Shown here: one piece after another, positions 1-12,043 of the stretch
Numbering within the stretch: the first letter of the stretch is position 1
Layout: every line of letters begins with the position of its first letter
DNA from: Octopus sinensis
Lineage: Eukaryota
Reading direction: 5' to 3'
Length of the DNA: 64,000 bases
NCBI RefSeq assembly: GCF_006345805.1
Contig: NC_043001.1
Span: 87,296,001-87,360,000 of the forward strand
Program-made: the position numbers and the translations under genes
Notes under the pieces: model-generated
What the model saw: only the letters and a program-made list of their open reading frames with translations
Databases searched by the model: none
What the model was told of the DNA's origin: nothing

Positions 1-44
1 CACCATAAAAATTTAACTGAAAGCTGCTGGAACCTGAGCCATAC

Positions 45-130
45 CTGAACAGAAGCAGTTGGTGTAGATTTTGCTTAGCTGAGAGGAGGATAATTCCATA
101 AAACTTTCATGGTCCAGGTGACTTCTTGTA
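45..130 (-). CDS. Possible isolated 86-nt internal exon (TRSHLDHESFMELSSSQLSKIYTNCFCS), product unknown
   Basis: Minus strand tttcaccttttaag|...TTCAG|gtatgg; one frame open through the segment. No homology recognised. Confidence 0.25.
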
Positions 131-183
131 CTTAAAAGGTGAAACTTTTAATTACTGCTCTCATGGTAGAAAATTTATTCTAC

Positions 184-660
184 ATCATCATCTTTAATGT
201 CTGTCTTTCATGCTGGCATGGGTTGGACAGTTCAACCAGAGCTAGCAAACTGGAGAACTGCACCAGGTTTTAGTCTGATTTAGCATGGTTTCTATGGGTG
301 GATGCCCTTCCTAATGCCAACCACTTTACAGTGTGTGCTGAGTGCTTTTAATATGGCACCACACAAGCATTTTTACATGGCATTGGCACAAGTGTTTTCT
401 CTGTGACACCAGCACATGACTCTTGCAGACCAATCCTCTTCACCAGGGTGTGTTGCCATATATATCATCATCATTGTTTAACATCTGTTTTCCATGCTAG
501 CATAGGTTGAACAGTTCGACTGGGGTCTGGGAAGCCAGGAGGCTACACCAGGCTCCAGTCTGATCTGGCAATATTTCTACAGCTGGATGCCCTTCCTAAC
601 GCCAACCGCTCCGTGAGTGTAGTGGGTGCTTTTTACTTGCCACCGACACAGTTTGCCACC
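184..660. mobile_element. Two adjacent copies of the (CAT)n-ended RTE-tail-derived non-autonomous repeat (family C)
   Basis: catcatc-gtttaac...catgctagcatgggttggac...ctacagctggatgcccttcctaacgccaacc motif, recurring many times in the window. Confidence 0.8.
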
Positions 661-1089
661 GGTGACAATATATATATGTGTGTACATACAGGAATCCCTT
701 GCTTTATGGAAGTAATGCATTCCTGAAAATTTGGCTGTAACACAAAATTCCATAATGTGAAATTGATTTTCATATTATTAGATTGCATTCCTATGCACTT
801 TTCTAAAAAAAAAAAAGGGAGCACAAGAAAACAACAATGGGCAAGCAACTCAATTGCCTTTACACATGAAAATAACCACTTCTAAAACACAAAGTACAAT
901 ACAGATATATAAAAATACAAAGACATTTCAAGAGGAATAAATTGGGGATTTGATAAGAAGCACAATATTGTGAGCATATTGTTCTTATCAGGGATGTTGA
1001 CTACAGTGTGAGGTGTGGTGGCAGAATGAGTGTGACTTGGAAGATAAGGAACAACACCTTATAGCTCATTGTCATGAACATCGCTTTGG

Positions 1090-2830
1090 GGAGTGAAGAA
1101 GGTGTTTGTTGTTTATGATGCATCATCTCTTTGTATAGCTCAGTATAGGAACTGAGCTCATTGTAAGATCCTCTTGTAATTTTTATGTTACACTCACATT
1201 TAGGATCGTTATCGTTAATAATCTGCAGACTATCCTCTATAAGTCCCAACCCTTTAATAATAATATTTATAATCAAATTAAGTAGAACTTCCGTTGTCCC
1301 TTCTATTCTCAGCTTTGTCTTTGTCTAACAGCAGCAGCTCCTTATTAGATAAAGTTTCTCTCTGGGACACTAATAACTCAATCACCTCATTCTCTATAAC
1401 TTCTTCAAATCCTACATCATATCTTTCTGGATTTGATCTAGATCTCTGCTTGAACAAAACTTGTCACAGATACAGTCTGACCATATACATTTCCAGGCAT
1501 TATTTAAAGTTCAAGGTTTCACTTCATCCCATGACTCAGCTATATTATTCACAGCATCCATTATGCTGAATTTCTGCCAGAAATCTCTAACTACAAGGCG
1601 GTGAGCTGGCAGAAGCGTTAGCACACCGGGCGAAATGCTTAGTGGTATTTCGTCTGCTGTTACGTTCTGAGTTCAAATTCCGCCCAGGTTGACTTTGCCT
1701 TTCATCCTTTCAGGGCCGATAAATTAAGTACCAGTTACGCACTGGGGATGTAATCGACTTAATCCCTTTGTTTGTCCCCTCTGTGTTTAGCCCCTTGTGG
1801 GCAATAAAGAAATAAGAAATCTCTAACTATAGGTTTATCCTCCCTGTCAATTGCTTTAATGAGTTGTTTTAAAGTTCTTCTCATATGATATCACTTGAAG
1901 TTAGCTATCACACCTTGATCTATTGGCCGGAGCAAAGAAATTATATTCTTGAGAATGTATTCTTCCGCATTATCAGAAAGATCATCTAAATTTGCTGAGT
2001 GGCTGAGTGAATTGTCTAGAAAAAAGCAAAGCTTTGTTGGAAGTATTAAGTCTGGCACTGTACTGCTGGGTAAAAAAACCTTCATAAACCACTTTTTGAA
2101 AAGGCCCTTAGTCATTCATGCCTTCTTATTTGAATGCCAAATCAAAGGTAGATTAAGCGTTGTGTAACCCTTGAAAGGCCTTAGATTTTTGGAGTGATGC
2201 GCATGTAGGGGCTTTAATTTTATATCACAAAAGGCCTTTCCTCCTGATAGAAGTATCAGATGATTTTTGGAAACTTTAAATTTTGGTATTGCTTTTTCTT
2301 TTCATGAAATAAAAGTTCTAGCAGGCACTTCCAGAAAATGTATAGTCTCATCAACATTATATATTTACTCCAGTGTGTAGCCCCCTTCAGTAATCATTGT
2401 CTTCAACTGCTCAATATAATTATTTGCAGCCTCTATGTCAGTGCTTGCAGTTTCACTAGTCATTTTCATATTGTGCAAATTCATGTACTACTTAAATCTT
2501 TCAAACCAGATTTTACTAGCCAAAGCAGGTTTTTCATTAAAGGTTTCGCTTTCCTTTTTCTGCAAATTGTCATATAAACTTTTGGCTCTTTTAAAAATTA
2601 TTGTCACATTTATCAACACATTACACTGATTCTGATCCTCAATTCTTACACTCATGAGTTGTACCATTTTAAGCATTACATTAGGTCTATGGAAAAATAA
2701 GATCCTGGCAGTTAATAGAGTAGCCTCTTGAGCATTTTGATGTAATTTTCTCTCTGTTGTTATGTATTGTTCTTACTGTAGATGTTGTAAGATTTAAGTG
2801 TAGGAAGTTAATTAGCTTCAAGCAATAGGC
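1090..2830 (-). mobile_element. Decayed Tigger/pogo-family DNA transposon (CENP-B-type HTH + DDE_1 transposase pseudogene)
   Basis: Minus-strand translations in order: EDQNQCNV..KRAKSLYDNL..ASKIWFERFK (HTH); FWKVPARTFIS..LKP..LPLIWHSNKKA*MTKGLFKKWF..FLDNSLSH..LLRPIDQGVIANFK (DDE); WDEVKP*TLNNAWKCIW..GFEEV..ELL; NDPKCECNIKITRG..YTELYKE. Stops and frameshifts present. Confidence 0.9.
1595..1814 (+). mobile_element. tRNA-type SINE family B inserted in the Tigger remnant, 15-bp TSD
   Basis: ggcggtgagctggcagaa...gagttcaaatt...tttagccccttgtgggcaataaagaaa; TSD agaaatctctaacta at 1579-1593 and 1815-1829. Confidence 0.9.
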
Positions 2831-2873
2831 AGCTAGTATAGAGAATGAAAAGTGGACAGAATATGATAAAATA

Positions 2874-3099
2874 GGCAGTGAGCTAGAATACGATAAAATA
2901 GGCGGTGAGCTTTGCGGTATTTTGTCTGCCGTTATGTTCTGAGTTCAAATTCCGCCGAGGTCGACTTTATCTTTCAACCTTTCGGGGTCGATAAATCAAG
3001 TACCAGTTATGCACTAGGATCAATGTAATCGACTTAATCCCTTTGTCTGTCCTTGTTTGTCCCTTCTATGTTTAGCCCCTTGTGGGTAATAAAGAAATG
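2874..3099 (+). mobile_element. SINE family B copy with internal deletion
   Basis: Same body and tail as 1595-1814; flanking agaat(a/g)tgataaaata duplication. Confidence 0.8.
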
Positions 3100-3452
3100 A
3101 GAATGTGATAAAATAAATATTTATTAACATCATAAGTTACACATTTTTACCCATATCAAAATTGAGAGAAATCTCAATAAGCTGACTGCTTCTATGCAAT
3201 TCAAAGATTAGCAACTAACATTGCTAAGAATGTAAATAAAAATCAAAAAAATTTAAGGAGTGAAACAGGTAGAATATTGAGTACAGTTGTTTCGTAACTT
3301 GCTGATGTTCAAATTCTGTGACAATGTAAACTTCATCAAAGTGTCTTAGCCTGAAGAATATCTGCACTGAAAAGCATTCATTGCATAACTGAATGTCAGC
3401 AAATCATGAAACAATTGTAGCCAATTGTTCCACTCCTTATATCTTTTGGAAT

Positions 3453-3480
<28 letters not shown>

Positions 3481-3483
<3 letters not shown>

Positions 3484-3765
3484 AAATAAAAATTAGAGAT
3501 AAAACCACTATTATGCAACGCAAACAGTGATAGACATAAACCCAAACATTTAAAATAAAACATATATCTCAAAAAGTATAAAAATGAATGATCAATATAT
3601 AATAATTTTTTTTACTTATTATATACTGATCATTCATTTTTATACCTTTTGAGATATAGTTATATGTTTTATAAAAATATATATTTTTTGTTTTTTATGT
3701 ATTGGTTTATGTCTATCACTGTTTACGTTACATAATAGTGTTTTTATCTCTAATTTCTATTTTAT
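3481..3765. repeat. Imperfect AT-rich inverted repeat (foldback), centre ~3610
   Basis: aattagagataaaaccactattatg...ctcaaaaagtataaaaatgaatgatca is mirrored by tgatcattcatttttatacctttt gag...cataatagtgtttttatctctaatt. Confidence 0.8.
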
Positions 3766-3876
3766 ATATTTATATTGTGAAATTTGATTTTATGCTAAAT
3801 TGAATTTTTCCCTGTAAGTTTGGAGTTATACTCCCTATATTATTATTATTATTAGTATTATTGTTATTATTATTAT

Positions 3877-3925
<49 letters not shown>

Positions 3926-4161
3926 CTTATAAATAATGTATAAAAAATATACATAAAATACAAAATGGGACAAGAACGCAAAACATTCAAATAGACGACA
4001 CAAAAAACGGACGGGTCATTCGAAGCCTCTAATCTTCAGTCAAGAACCGAATCATCCTCGCAATTTCGGCTGTTGTTTATAATTTTAATCTTAAAGGTGT
4101 TTTAATAACATTTTTTGATGGAATTTTTTTTCTGTAAAAAACACTTCATCCTATATTAGTA

Positions 4162-4195
<34 letters not shown>

Positions 4196-4499
4196 AGACG
4201 TTCACACACACACATACAGAAGAATTAAAAAGAAGAGTGGAGTCTTATGGCAGAGCATGAGAAGAAAGCAGAATTTTTGTGTTTAAGTAGAGTCATACAC
4301 TACCTCTCTCTCTTGTTGTTATTGTTGTTGTTATTGACAAAATAAATTTGGCAATGACATTAATAATTGTTGCTTATGCTGTTAGTGTTGCCGTTGGTGG
4401 CTGTTGCAAAGTAAATCACTGTTCAGACACACTGTCTGTGATTCTATCCATTTGAGATTATAATTGGATATTCATGAGACAAGCAAAGACAAGTGAGGG

Positions 4500-4875
4500 G
4501 GATAATGAGGTAACAGCAAATTAATCTGAAATTTTGTGAAGTTTTGATGTGATATATTTAAAATTTAATCGTAGCGGTGGTGAAGGTGTAGGTGTGGCAG
4601 GAGTGGAGTGGGGTACAGTGGCAGCTGCAGTGGTGGTGGTGGCCATCATTGCTGCCATCGTCGTCATCGCTGTCATCATCATTGTCGCCATCATCGTCTC
4701 CATCATAATCACCATCATCATCATCATCACCATCAACATGGTAGCAAAGGTGGTGGTGGTAGTGGTAGTAGTAGTGGTGATGGTAGTGGTGGTGGTAGTG
4801 GTGGTGTTGGTGGTGGTGGTGGTGGTGATGGTGACAGTTGTGATAGTGATAGTAGTGGAGGTGGTGATGTTACTG
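4500..4875. repeat. Degenerate trinucleotide low-complexity tract (GTG/ATC/GTA)n; non-coding
   Basis: Overlapping poly-Val/Thr/Gly/His ORFs in three frames are repeat artefacts. A similar tract lies at 10150-10540. Confidence 0.85.
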
Positions 4876-5160
4876 GTAGTCAAGTTCTCTTAAAGCTTGC
4901 ATTATCATGTGATACATGACAACCAAATAATTAACGATGTCTAATAGTTTACAATCATGTAAATTGCAATTACTGTTAGTGGGGATGGCAGTGGAGCTAT
5001 TAGAGTGTCTTGGTAGTTATCACGCATTATCATGCACACCCTAATATCTCAGTGGTCATAATACTGTAATATATTGGTGTCATTGCAAACATTGTGATAT
5101 CGTGGTGATTGTCATCCTTTTCTGTATCACTTTTACACCATCGCACAAATATAATGTACC

Positions 5161-5389
5161 CATTTCTTTACTACCCACAAGGGGCTAAACACAGAGAGGA
5201 CAAACAAGGACAGACAAAGGGATTAAGTCGATTATATCGACCCCAGTGCGTAACTGGTACTTATTTAATCGACCCTGAAAGGACGAAAGGCAAAGTCGAC
5301 CTCGGCGGAATTTGAACTCAGAACGTAGCGGCAGACGAAATACTGCTAAGAATTTCACCCGGCGTGCTAACAGTTCTGCCAGCTCGCCA
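5161..5389 (-). mobile_element. SINE family B, 17-bp TSD
   Basis: Reverse complement of family B; TSD cacaaatataatgtacc at 5144-5160 and 5390-5406. Confidence 0.9.
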
Positions 5390-6332
5390 CACAAATATAA
5401 TGTACCACTATCACAGTCCTATCTTAGGTCCCATGTTAGGTTACAACACTACCACATCTTTCTATATCATCATCATCATCATCATCATCGTTTAACGTCC
5501 GCTTTCCATGCTAGCATGGGTTGGACATATATATATATATATATATAGATTTAACATTTATACTGTGACACACTGTTATACTGCTAATATACTAAGGCAG
5601 TTTGTTACCTCACCAGAATAAATACTTAGTGGCATTTCTTCTGACCTTATGTTTCTGAGTTCAAATGTCACTGGGGTCAACTTCGCCTTTCAACCTTTCA
5701 GGTTCAATAAAATAAGTCCCAATTGAGCACTGGATCAATGTAATCAACTCCCCCACACACACACACAAAAAAAAAATTTCTGACTTTATGCTGAATTTGA
5801 AACCAATATGCTAAAGCAGTAATCGTATACACACTTGCACTCACACACACACACACACTAATATTTTAGTGGTTTCACACACACACACATTAATACGTAA
5901 AGTCGTTACATTATTACACCATTAAGCTATAATGCTGATGTAATGTATTCCCATTAGTTCTATGCTAGACTATAATGCTGTCACTGTTGCCTCTCTCTGT
6001 ACACACATTTGCACTGATATATATTATCACACACTGTGTCACTGCTTATATGTTAAAGTATGAAGCAAAGCAAATCAACAAGGAAGTTCTGTGTAGACAA
6101 AAATCTTTTTTAATATCAACGACTAAATCTCACTAAATAGAATCTGCACAAACCAGTGACTTCGTTTCCATATACATTATGCATAGGTAACCTTAATAGA
6201 AGCAGAGAATAAGAAGTGAAGTTGTGTAAGTCATCTCATCATTGTCATCATCATCATCATCATCCAGTTAATGTTCATCTTCTTTGTTAACATGGGTTGA
6301 CCAGTTTGACAGGATCCAATAAGTCTGAGGAT

Positions 6333-6545
6333 TTGTTGTTGTTGTTGTTGTTGTTAAGCAACAAGACGGGTAAGGGTGATTAGGTGATGGTCTAGGGCTT
6401 AGGGGTGGGAGACCCCAGACCTTGGAAAAAAAACTTTGGTCGTCTTGTTGTAGTCAAGGGCTCTTCGTTGACGCCCGACACCACTGGGAGGTGGCCCTCG
6501 AAGTTGCTGGAAGTGGAGATCGCCAGGTCCAAATTCTTGAACGGC
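6333..6545 (-). mobile_element. 5'-truncated retroposed insert with (CAA)n tail and 13-bp TSD
   Basis: TSD taagtctgaggat at 6320-6332 and 6546-6558; GC-rich body; (ttg)n tail on the + strand. Confidence 0.75.
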
Positions 6546-6559
6546 TAAGTCTGAGGATG

Positions 6560-6830
6560 GTAGTGGGGGTGATGTCATGCCACCTCACATCTTTGAACAG
6601 GGCCTTAGGCTCAATTCAGATGGCTATGCAAAGCTGCTGGAGACTGTGGTCAAATCATGGCTGGAGAGGTTGCAGCTGGAAGGCCATATGTGTGGCAACA
6701 GGATTCAGCTCCATGCCATACCTCTGAAAAGAGTCAGAAGTGGCTGTCAGAAAATTTCTATGACTTCACCGGGCCCCAATTTCTGGCTTCCTAAATCCCT
6801 TGATTATAATCCCCTGTGTGGGGAGCAGTT
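6560..6830 (+). mobile_element. Tc1/mariner-superfamily (maT/DD37D-like) transposase fragment
   Basis: GDVMPPHIFEQGLRLNSDGYAKLLETVVKSWLER, then after a frameshift GRPYVWQQDSAPCHTSEKSQKWLSENF...S.DYNP, matching the QQD.AP.H and SPDLNP motifs. Confidence 0.8.
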
Positions 6831-6942
6831 GAGAAAGACATCAACCTAAATCATCATCCACCATCAATGTCTACTTTGGCAAAGTTTCTACAGCTGGATA
6901 TCTTTTCTAATGTCAGTCTATTTACAGAGTGTACTGAATGCC

Positions 6943-7177
6943 TTAATCCTTCAGCATTCATATTATTCTGACAAATATAATGCTTATTTATTCACATTGT
7001 TTTGAATTAATTATGAATTATCTCATTGTTTTAAAATTTCACTGATATGATTGCTTATTTTTAGAATGGTAATGGAGGGTAGATGTAAGAGGCTGGACCT
7101 GGTCAGTTTGAACAAAAAAAAAACAAAAAGCAGAATATCTGGGCCGGATATGACTGGTTTGAATACTAAATGGTTAT
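6943..7177 (-). mobile_element. piggyBac-like MITE (TTAA-type ends), diverged
   Basis: ttaatccttcagcattca...tgaatactaaatggttat; body homologous to 9145-9372 in opposite orientation. Confidence 0.6.
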
Positions 7178-7925
7178 TGTGGTACCAGCACTTGTGAGGT
7201 TGCCATGTTAATTGTAAAACTAACATCCTCTTTGACTGAGTGGGGCTACAGGAGAGAGAGAGAGAAATAGCTTTGTGATAGACAATCGGAGTGCTAGTAC
7301 AATATATACTACAATATAATATATACAATTGTTAAGCACATTATCTATGAATCAACATCAAGAAATAAAGGCTGAAATTTTTTTTTTTATATTAAAACAT
7401 AATTGTTAGTTGTGACAAGAATAATTTCCTAGTGAAGAAGTTGAGAGATGAAATTGTCTGATCAAATATAGGCTGGAGGCATATAATGTCGAAATAAATA
7501 TTTGGTTTGTTGAGAGAAGAAAAAAAACATTCAAATACAAAAAATTTAATTTATCTTTTACAAAAAAACAACAACTTTTGTTGCAATAATGAAAGAAAAG
7601 AGATATTTTACATAATGTAAATCTGTTTATGTGTGCCTATGAAAGGTTTGTACATCTGCGATGATAGTGGATAATAAGCTAAAATTGAGTGGCATAAGCT
7701 CCTGATGCAAGTTGACTTTAGCTGTATCACAGCCACCGGTCAGTTACCAAACAAACCATCTAATGGTCTGTCAAATACAGGGCATCAAAAACCAAAATCA
7801 TTAATGACATTCCAATATGCTATTCACCAAGGGATTCTAATGAGTTAGGCATCTGCTAGATTTATTGTATTTTCACCAGTCAGTCTAGATTCTGATAAAA
7901 ACAAGTCCTTAATATTTTTAACAAG

Positions 7926-8140
7926 GTGAAAGTGGCAAGCAAGCAGAATCATTAGCACACCGGGCACAATGCTTAGCAGCATTTTGTCTAACTTTATGGT
8001 CTGAGTTCAAATTCTATTGAGGTTGACTTTGTCTTTCATCCTTTGGGGGTTGATGAAATAAGTACCAGTTGGGCACTGAAGTTGATGTTGTCAACTTACT
8101 TCCACCCTCAAAATTGCTGGCCTTGTGCCAAAATTTGAAA
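7926..8140 (+). mobile_element. Diverged SINE family B
   Basis: gagttcaaatt B-box-like motif and gactttgtctttcatcctttggggg body. Confidence 0.7.
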
Positions 8141-8466
8141 TCAATATTTCTATCAAGGACTTGAATGGCTTACTACTTGCATCCATCATCATTCCCTGAC
8201 AAAATCCTCTTTTGGTGTTTACAGTTATTTTTGCATTTGAACATAATAATTTAAGTTCAATCCAAGGCAGTGAGTTGATGTTTGGGAATCTGCCAATATT
8301 CCTGCTCTAGATACATCAATTCCAGCTGCTCTATGAAGAATATTTCCACTGAAAATTGGATCTCAGGGCTTAAATATTCTGAAGCAATTTGGGGCATGAA
8401 AATTAGACTTTAAATTAGACTAGCATGTGCACCACAGGCTAATGTCAAAGATGTTTGGTTAGTTTT

Positions 8467-8505
<39 letters not shown>

Positions 8506-8529
8506 CATATAAATTCTATAATTATGAGT

Positions 8530-8680
8530 ATAATTATAATTAGGGCTCAGCCAAATTTGCTGCACCACATACTGAAATTTAGAAATAGCAGTTAAACTAC
8601 TATTTCACTACTATAAGAAAATCTCTCTAAATTTCGGTAGGTGGTGAAGCAAATTTTGCTGAACCCTAATTATAATTATA
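8530..8680. repeat. MITE-like inverted repeat
   Basis: aattataattagggctcagccaaatttgctgcacca / tggtgaagcaaattttgctgaaccctaattataatt arms. Confidence 0.7.
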
Positions 8681-8854
8681 GAATTTTTGTATAAGTTTAC
8701 AGATAATGATTCTTTTAACATACCAAACTACTAAGCAAAATTATTAATTATTAATTAATTAATTAATTTTACCCTTTATTACATATATATATATATATAT
8801 TATATATATATATATATCTGTAAATGTAATATATGATGATTATTCAGTAGCCAT

Positions 8855-8915
8855 GATAAAACTCCAAGTTTCGGATGCCAAGGTGGAATTCCACGTTGCC
8901 ATCTCTTCAGTTATC
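8855..8915 (-). ncRNA. Type I hammerhead-ribozyme-like motif
   Basis: Minus strand GATAA-CTGAAGA-GATGGCAAC(GTGGAATTCCAC)CTTGGCATCC-GAAAC-TTGGA-GTT-TTATC. Stem I GATAA/TTATC, intact CUGANGA and GAAA, GUU triplet; stem II imperfect at its base. Confidence 0.55.
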
Positions 8916-9144
8916 TGGCCATTGGAAAAAAAATAATCGTCACATATTACATTTACAGATAAATTCCTCTATTTACATAATATCAAGATCTCTTTCATTC
9001 TTTTGTTGTCTTACCATTTTTATTAATATATATATATATATATATATCAAGTAATTCTGTTTACCAACAACTATCATCTTCAGTCAACATTACCAAATAT
9101 AGTAATACTGTTGATTCTAAAGCCAATAATCTTGGCTTTAGAAC

Positions 9145-9372
9145 TTAATCCTTTAACATTTAAATAGGCCATATCCAGCTGAAATATTCTACCTGTTTTC
9201 AGTGCAAACTGACCAGATCCAGCCTCTCACACCTATTCGATAATGTTATTCTAAAAATAAGCAATCACAGTATTGAAATCTTGAAGCAACAAGATAATAT
9301 ATGATTAATACAAAGCAATGTGAATAAATAATCTGTGCATTTGACACAGTAATCTGAATGCTAAAGGGTTAA
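9145..9372 (+). mobile_element. piggyBac-like MITE with TTAA at both ends
   Basis: ttaatcctttaacattt...gaatgctaaagggttaa terminal inverted repeats. Confidence 0.7.
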
Positions 9373-10949
9373 ACATTCAGCTTGTATCATGAGGAAAGCT
9401 ATAGGTTATAGATTCTTAAATTATGCAAATTTATAGGTATGCAACTCAAATTACTGTTTGGTCTTAAGGTTTCAACCATTTTTTTCTTATAGGTTTTTAT
9501 AGATTTATAGACTTACTATGTGAGCAGTTTCAGATTTGAAAGTCAGTGAAAAGTTTCACACTTCTGTATTAACATGATAGAAAGAACAACTGAGTCTTCC
9601 TCAAACCACACCATACTATATTTAAAAGAAAGAAGCACACATCGGATGATGTAGTCTTAGGTACACTATATCTGAATAAATGATGGGATAGTTCTGTTTG
9701 GATCTCTTAGTTACACTGCTAAATCAGGGCTGACATGGAGTAGATGACAACAATTACTTTATCACCAAAATCACAAAATTTTGTATTGGGTTGGTGAGTC
9801 TTGCTTGCAAAAAAATCAGCCAATGAAATGACTGTGAGACATCAGTTATCATGTGATATCCTATTCAACCAATGGAAATGCTGACATTCAGCTATGACTA
9901 CAAGATTGAGACATTCATACAGAATTTCTAGGTAACAGTATTTCAAGAGATTTTTACAGGTAATTAAGGAGGTAATAGATTCAGAGAACTTTCTAGAAGA
10001 TTGCAGAGAAACTAAAGATGCTGAATTGCTTAGTTGCTGTCATGAAATACTACCAGACAGTCTGTTGATGTAAGACTTCACCGCATTTGATGGTTGGACA
10101 GAAAAGACATGTCCTTATATAGACCATTTGAGATATGAGCTCTTACTGCTGTGTTTGTTACTGCTTTTGTTGTTGTTGTTGTTGTGGTGGTGGTGGTGGA
10201 TTAGATTATTGTTGTTGTAGTTGTTGCATATCAGTGTCAATGTGTTAGTGTATTAGCAGTGGTGGTAGTCATGGTGGTGTTCTGGGCGTGTCTCTGTAAT
10301 GGAGATAGTGTTGAAGTGCTGTTGTTATGGCTATTGCTGATGCAGTTGTTGTTGCTGTTCTTTCACTCTTGTTGTGACAGTGGTAGTGGTGGTGGTGGTG
10401 GTGGTGGTGGTGGTGGTGGTGATAACATCAGTTGTGGCAGTGGCAGTGGAAGTGGTGATTGTGGCAGTGATGGTTGTTGTTGTTGCTGTTGTTGTTGATG
10501 GCAGTGGTGGTGGTGGTGGTGGTGGTGGTGGTGGTATTGTTGTTTAACCCCAGGTCAGCTCTGATTGAGTAGACTCATAGTCAAAGGATTTCAGATGTGA
10601 CTCTTCCGTCTTATTTCAGACTATGTATTCAGTACAATGCTATCCAGTGAGTTCTTTTCTGATCCTTTCTTGACTCTTGCTTCATTTTCTGGGGCTTCAG
10701 TGGGTTGAGAGGTCATTTATTTATTCATTTATTTGTTTGTTTATTCACTTATTTGTTTATTTAATTTGATACTATATTTCTATTCACACAGACATTATCT
10801 TTTAAATTTGTAGTGACATCAGCTGTGCCTAAATAGCTATCCAATTCCAGAGTCTCTTTCAAATTATACAGATTTATTTCGGTATTAAATGTCACAAGTA
10901 ACCTTTTACCAAAACATACATGCATATGTCTATATATATATATATATAT

Positions 10950-11160
10950 ATATCTAGTTACTCCAAACTTGAACAAAGAGAAAACACAACAACACAAGGA
11001 CGTGAAACAAGTATAGTGTTATTGGACGATGCTCAGGAAAGGAAAGAAAGAAGGAGCATTTAACGTTTCGAGCGGAGCTCTTCGTTAGAAACATAGGAAA
11101 AGGAAAGGTTCTAGAAAGAGAAGACGGAGAAAGAAAATTACCAACGATATACACGCGGTC
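10950..11160 (-). mobile_element. Penelope-like terminal-repeat fragment carrying a degenerate minimal hammerhead (11056-11094)
   Basis: Minus strand tttCTAACGAaGAGCtccGCTCGAAACGTTaaa. Related fragments at 23745-23945, 27065-27300, 48930-49130 and 53800-53980. Confidence 0.6.
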
Positions 11161-11284
11161 TATATATATATATATATATATATACACACGCAAGCATGTA
11201 CCCACACACACATGCACACAAACACATATACACATATACACACACATACATACACACATATATATACATATACACATATATATA

Positions 11285-11455
11285 GGCGCAGGAGTGGCTG
11301 TGTGGTAAGTAGCTTGCTAACCAACCACATGGTTGCGGGTTCAGTCCCACTGCGTGGCATCTTGGGCAAGTGTTTTCTGCTATAGCCCCGGGCCGACCAA
11401 TGCCTTGTGAGTGGATTTGGTAGACGGAAACTGAAAGAAGCCTGTTGTATATATG

Positions 11456-11486
<31 letters not shown>

Positions 11487-11695
11487 TTGTGTGTCTGTGT
11501 TTGTCCCCCTAGCATTCCTTGACAACCGATGCTGGTGTGTTTACGTCCCCGTCACTTAGCGGTTCGGCAAAAGAGACCGATAGAATAAGTACTGGGCTTA
11601 CAAAGAATAAGTCCCGGGGTCGATTTGCTTGACTAAAAGCAGTGCTCCAGCATGGCCGCAGTCAAATGACTGAAACAAGTAAAAGAGTAAAAGAG
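11285..11695 (+). mobile_element. tRNA-derived CORE-like SINE family A, young subfamily
   Basis: A-box tggctgtgtggtaag, B-box-like gttcagtcc, CORE-like catcttgggcaagtg, internal (TA)/(TG) microsatellite, tail tgactgaaacaagtaaaagag. Confidence 0.9.
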
Positions 11696-12043
11696 ATACA
11701 TCACCATCATCATCATCATCATCATTTGATGTCTATCTTCCAAGCTGGAATGCGTTGGGAGGTTTTGACCAGAGATTGCAAGCCAGAGGACTGCATGGAG
11801 CTCTGCTGTCTGTTTTGGCATGGTCATTATGACTGGATGTCCTCTCTAGTACCAACCATGTTACAGAGTGGACTGGATGCTTTTCACATGGCACCAGCAC
11901 CAGCACCAGCAAGGTCTGTTTTGGTATTGTTTTTATGGTTGGATGCCCTTCTTAATGCCAACTACTTCACCTATACATATACATATGTATATAGGTTTGA
12001 TGATGCAAACAGGAACAATGGAACTCAAAACATGAATATATAT

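Noticed and set aside
4521-4919. Long ORFs rich in Thr/Val/Gly/His
   Set aside because: They translate trinucleotide low-complexity repeats open in several frames, with no domain signal.
8240-8380. Minus-strand peptides EYLSPEI (kinase-like) and GNILHRAA (ankyrin-like)
   Set aside because: The motifs are in different frames, very short, and lack a convincing donor site.
11138-11525. Recurrent ORFs such as MLGGQTQTHKH...CPRCHAVGLNPEPCG
   Set aside because: These are translations of SINE family A and recur at every copy.
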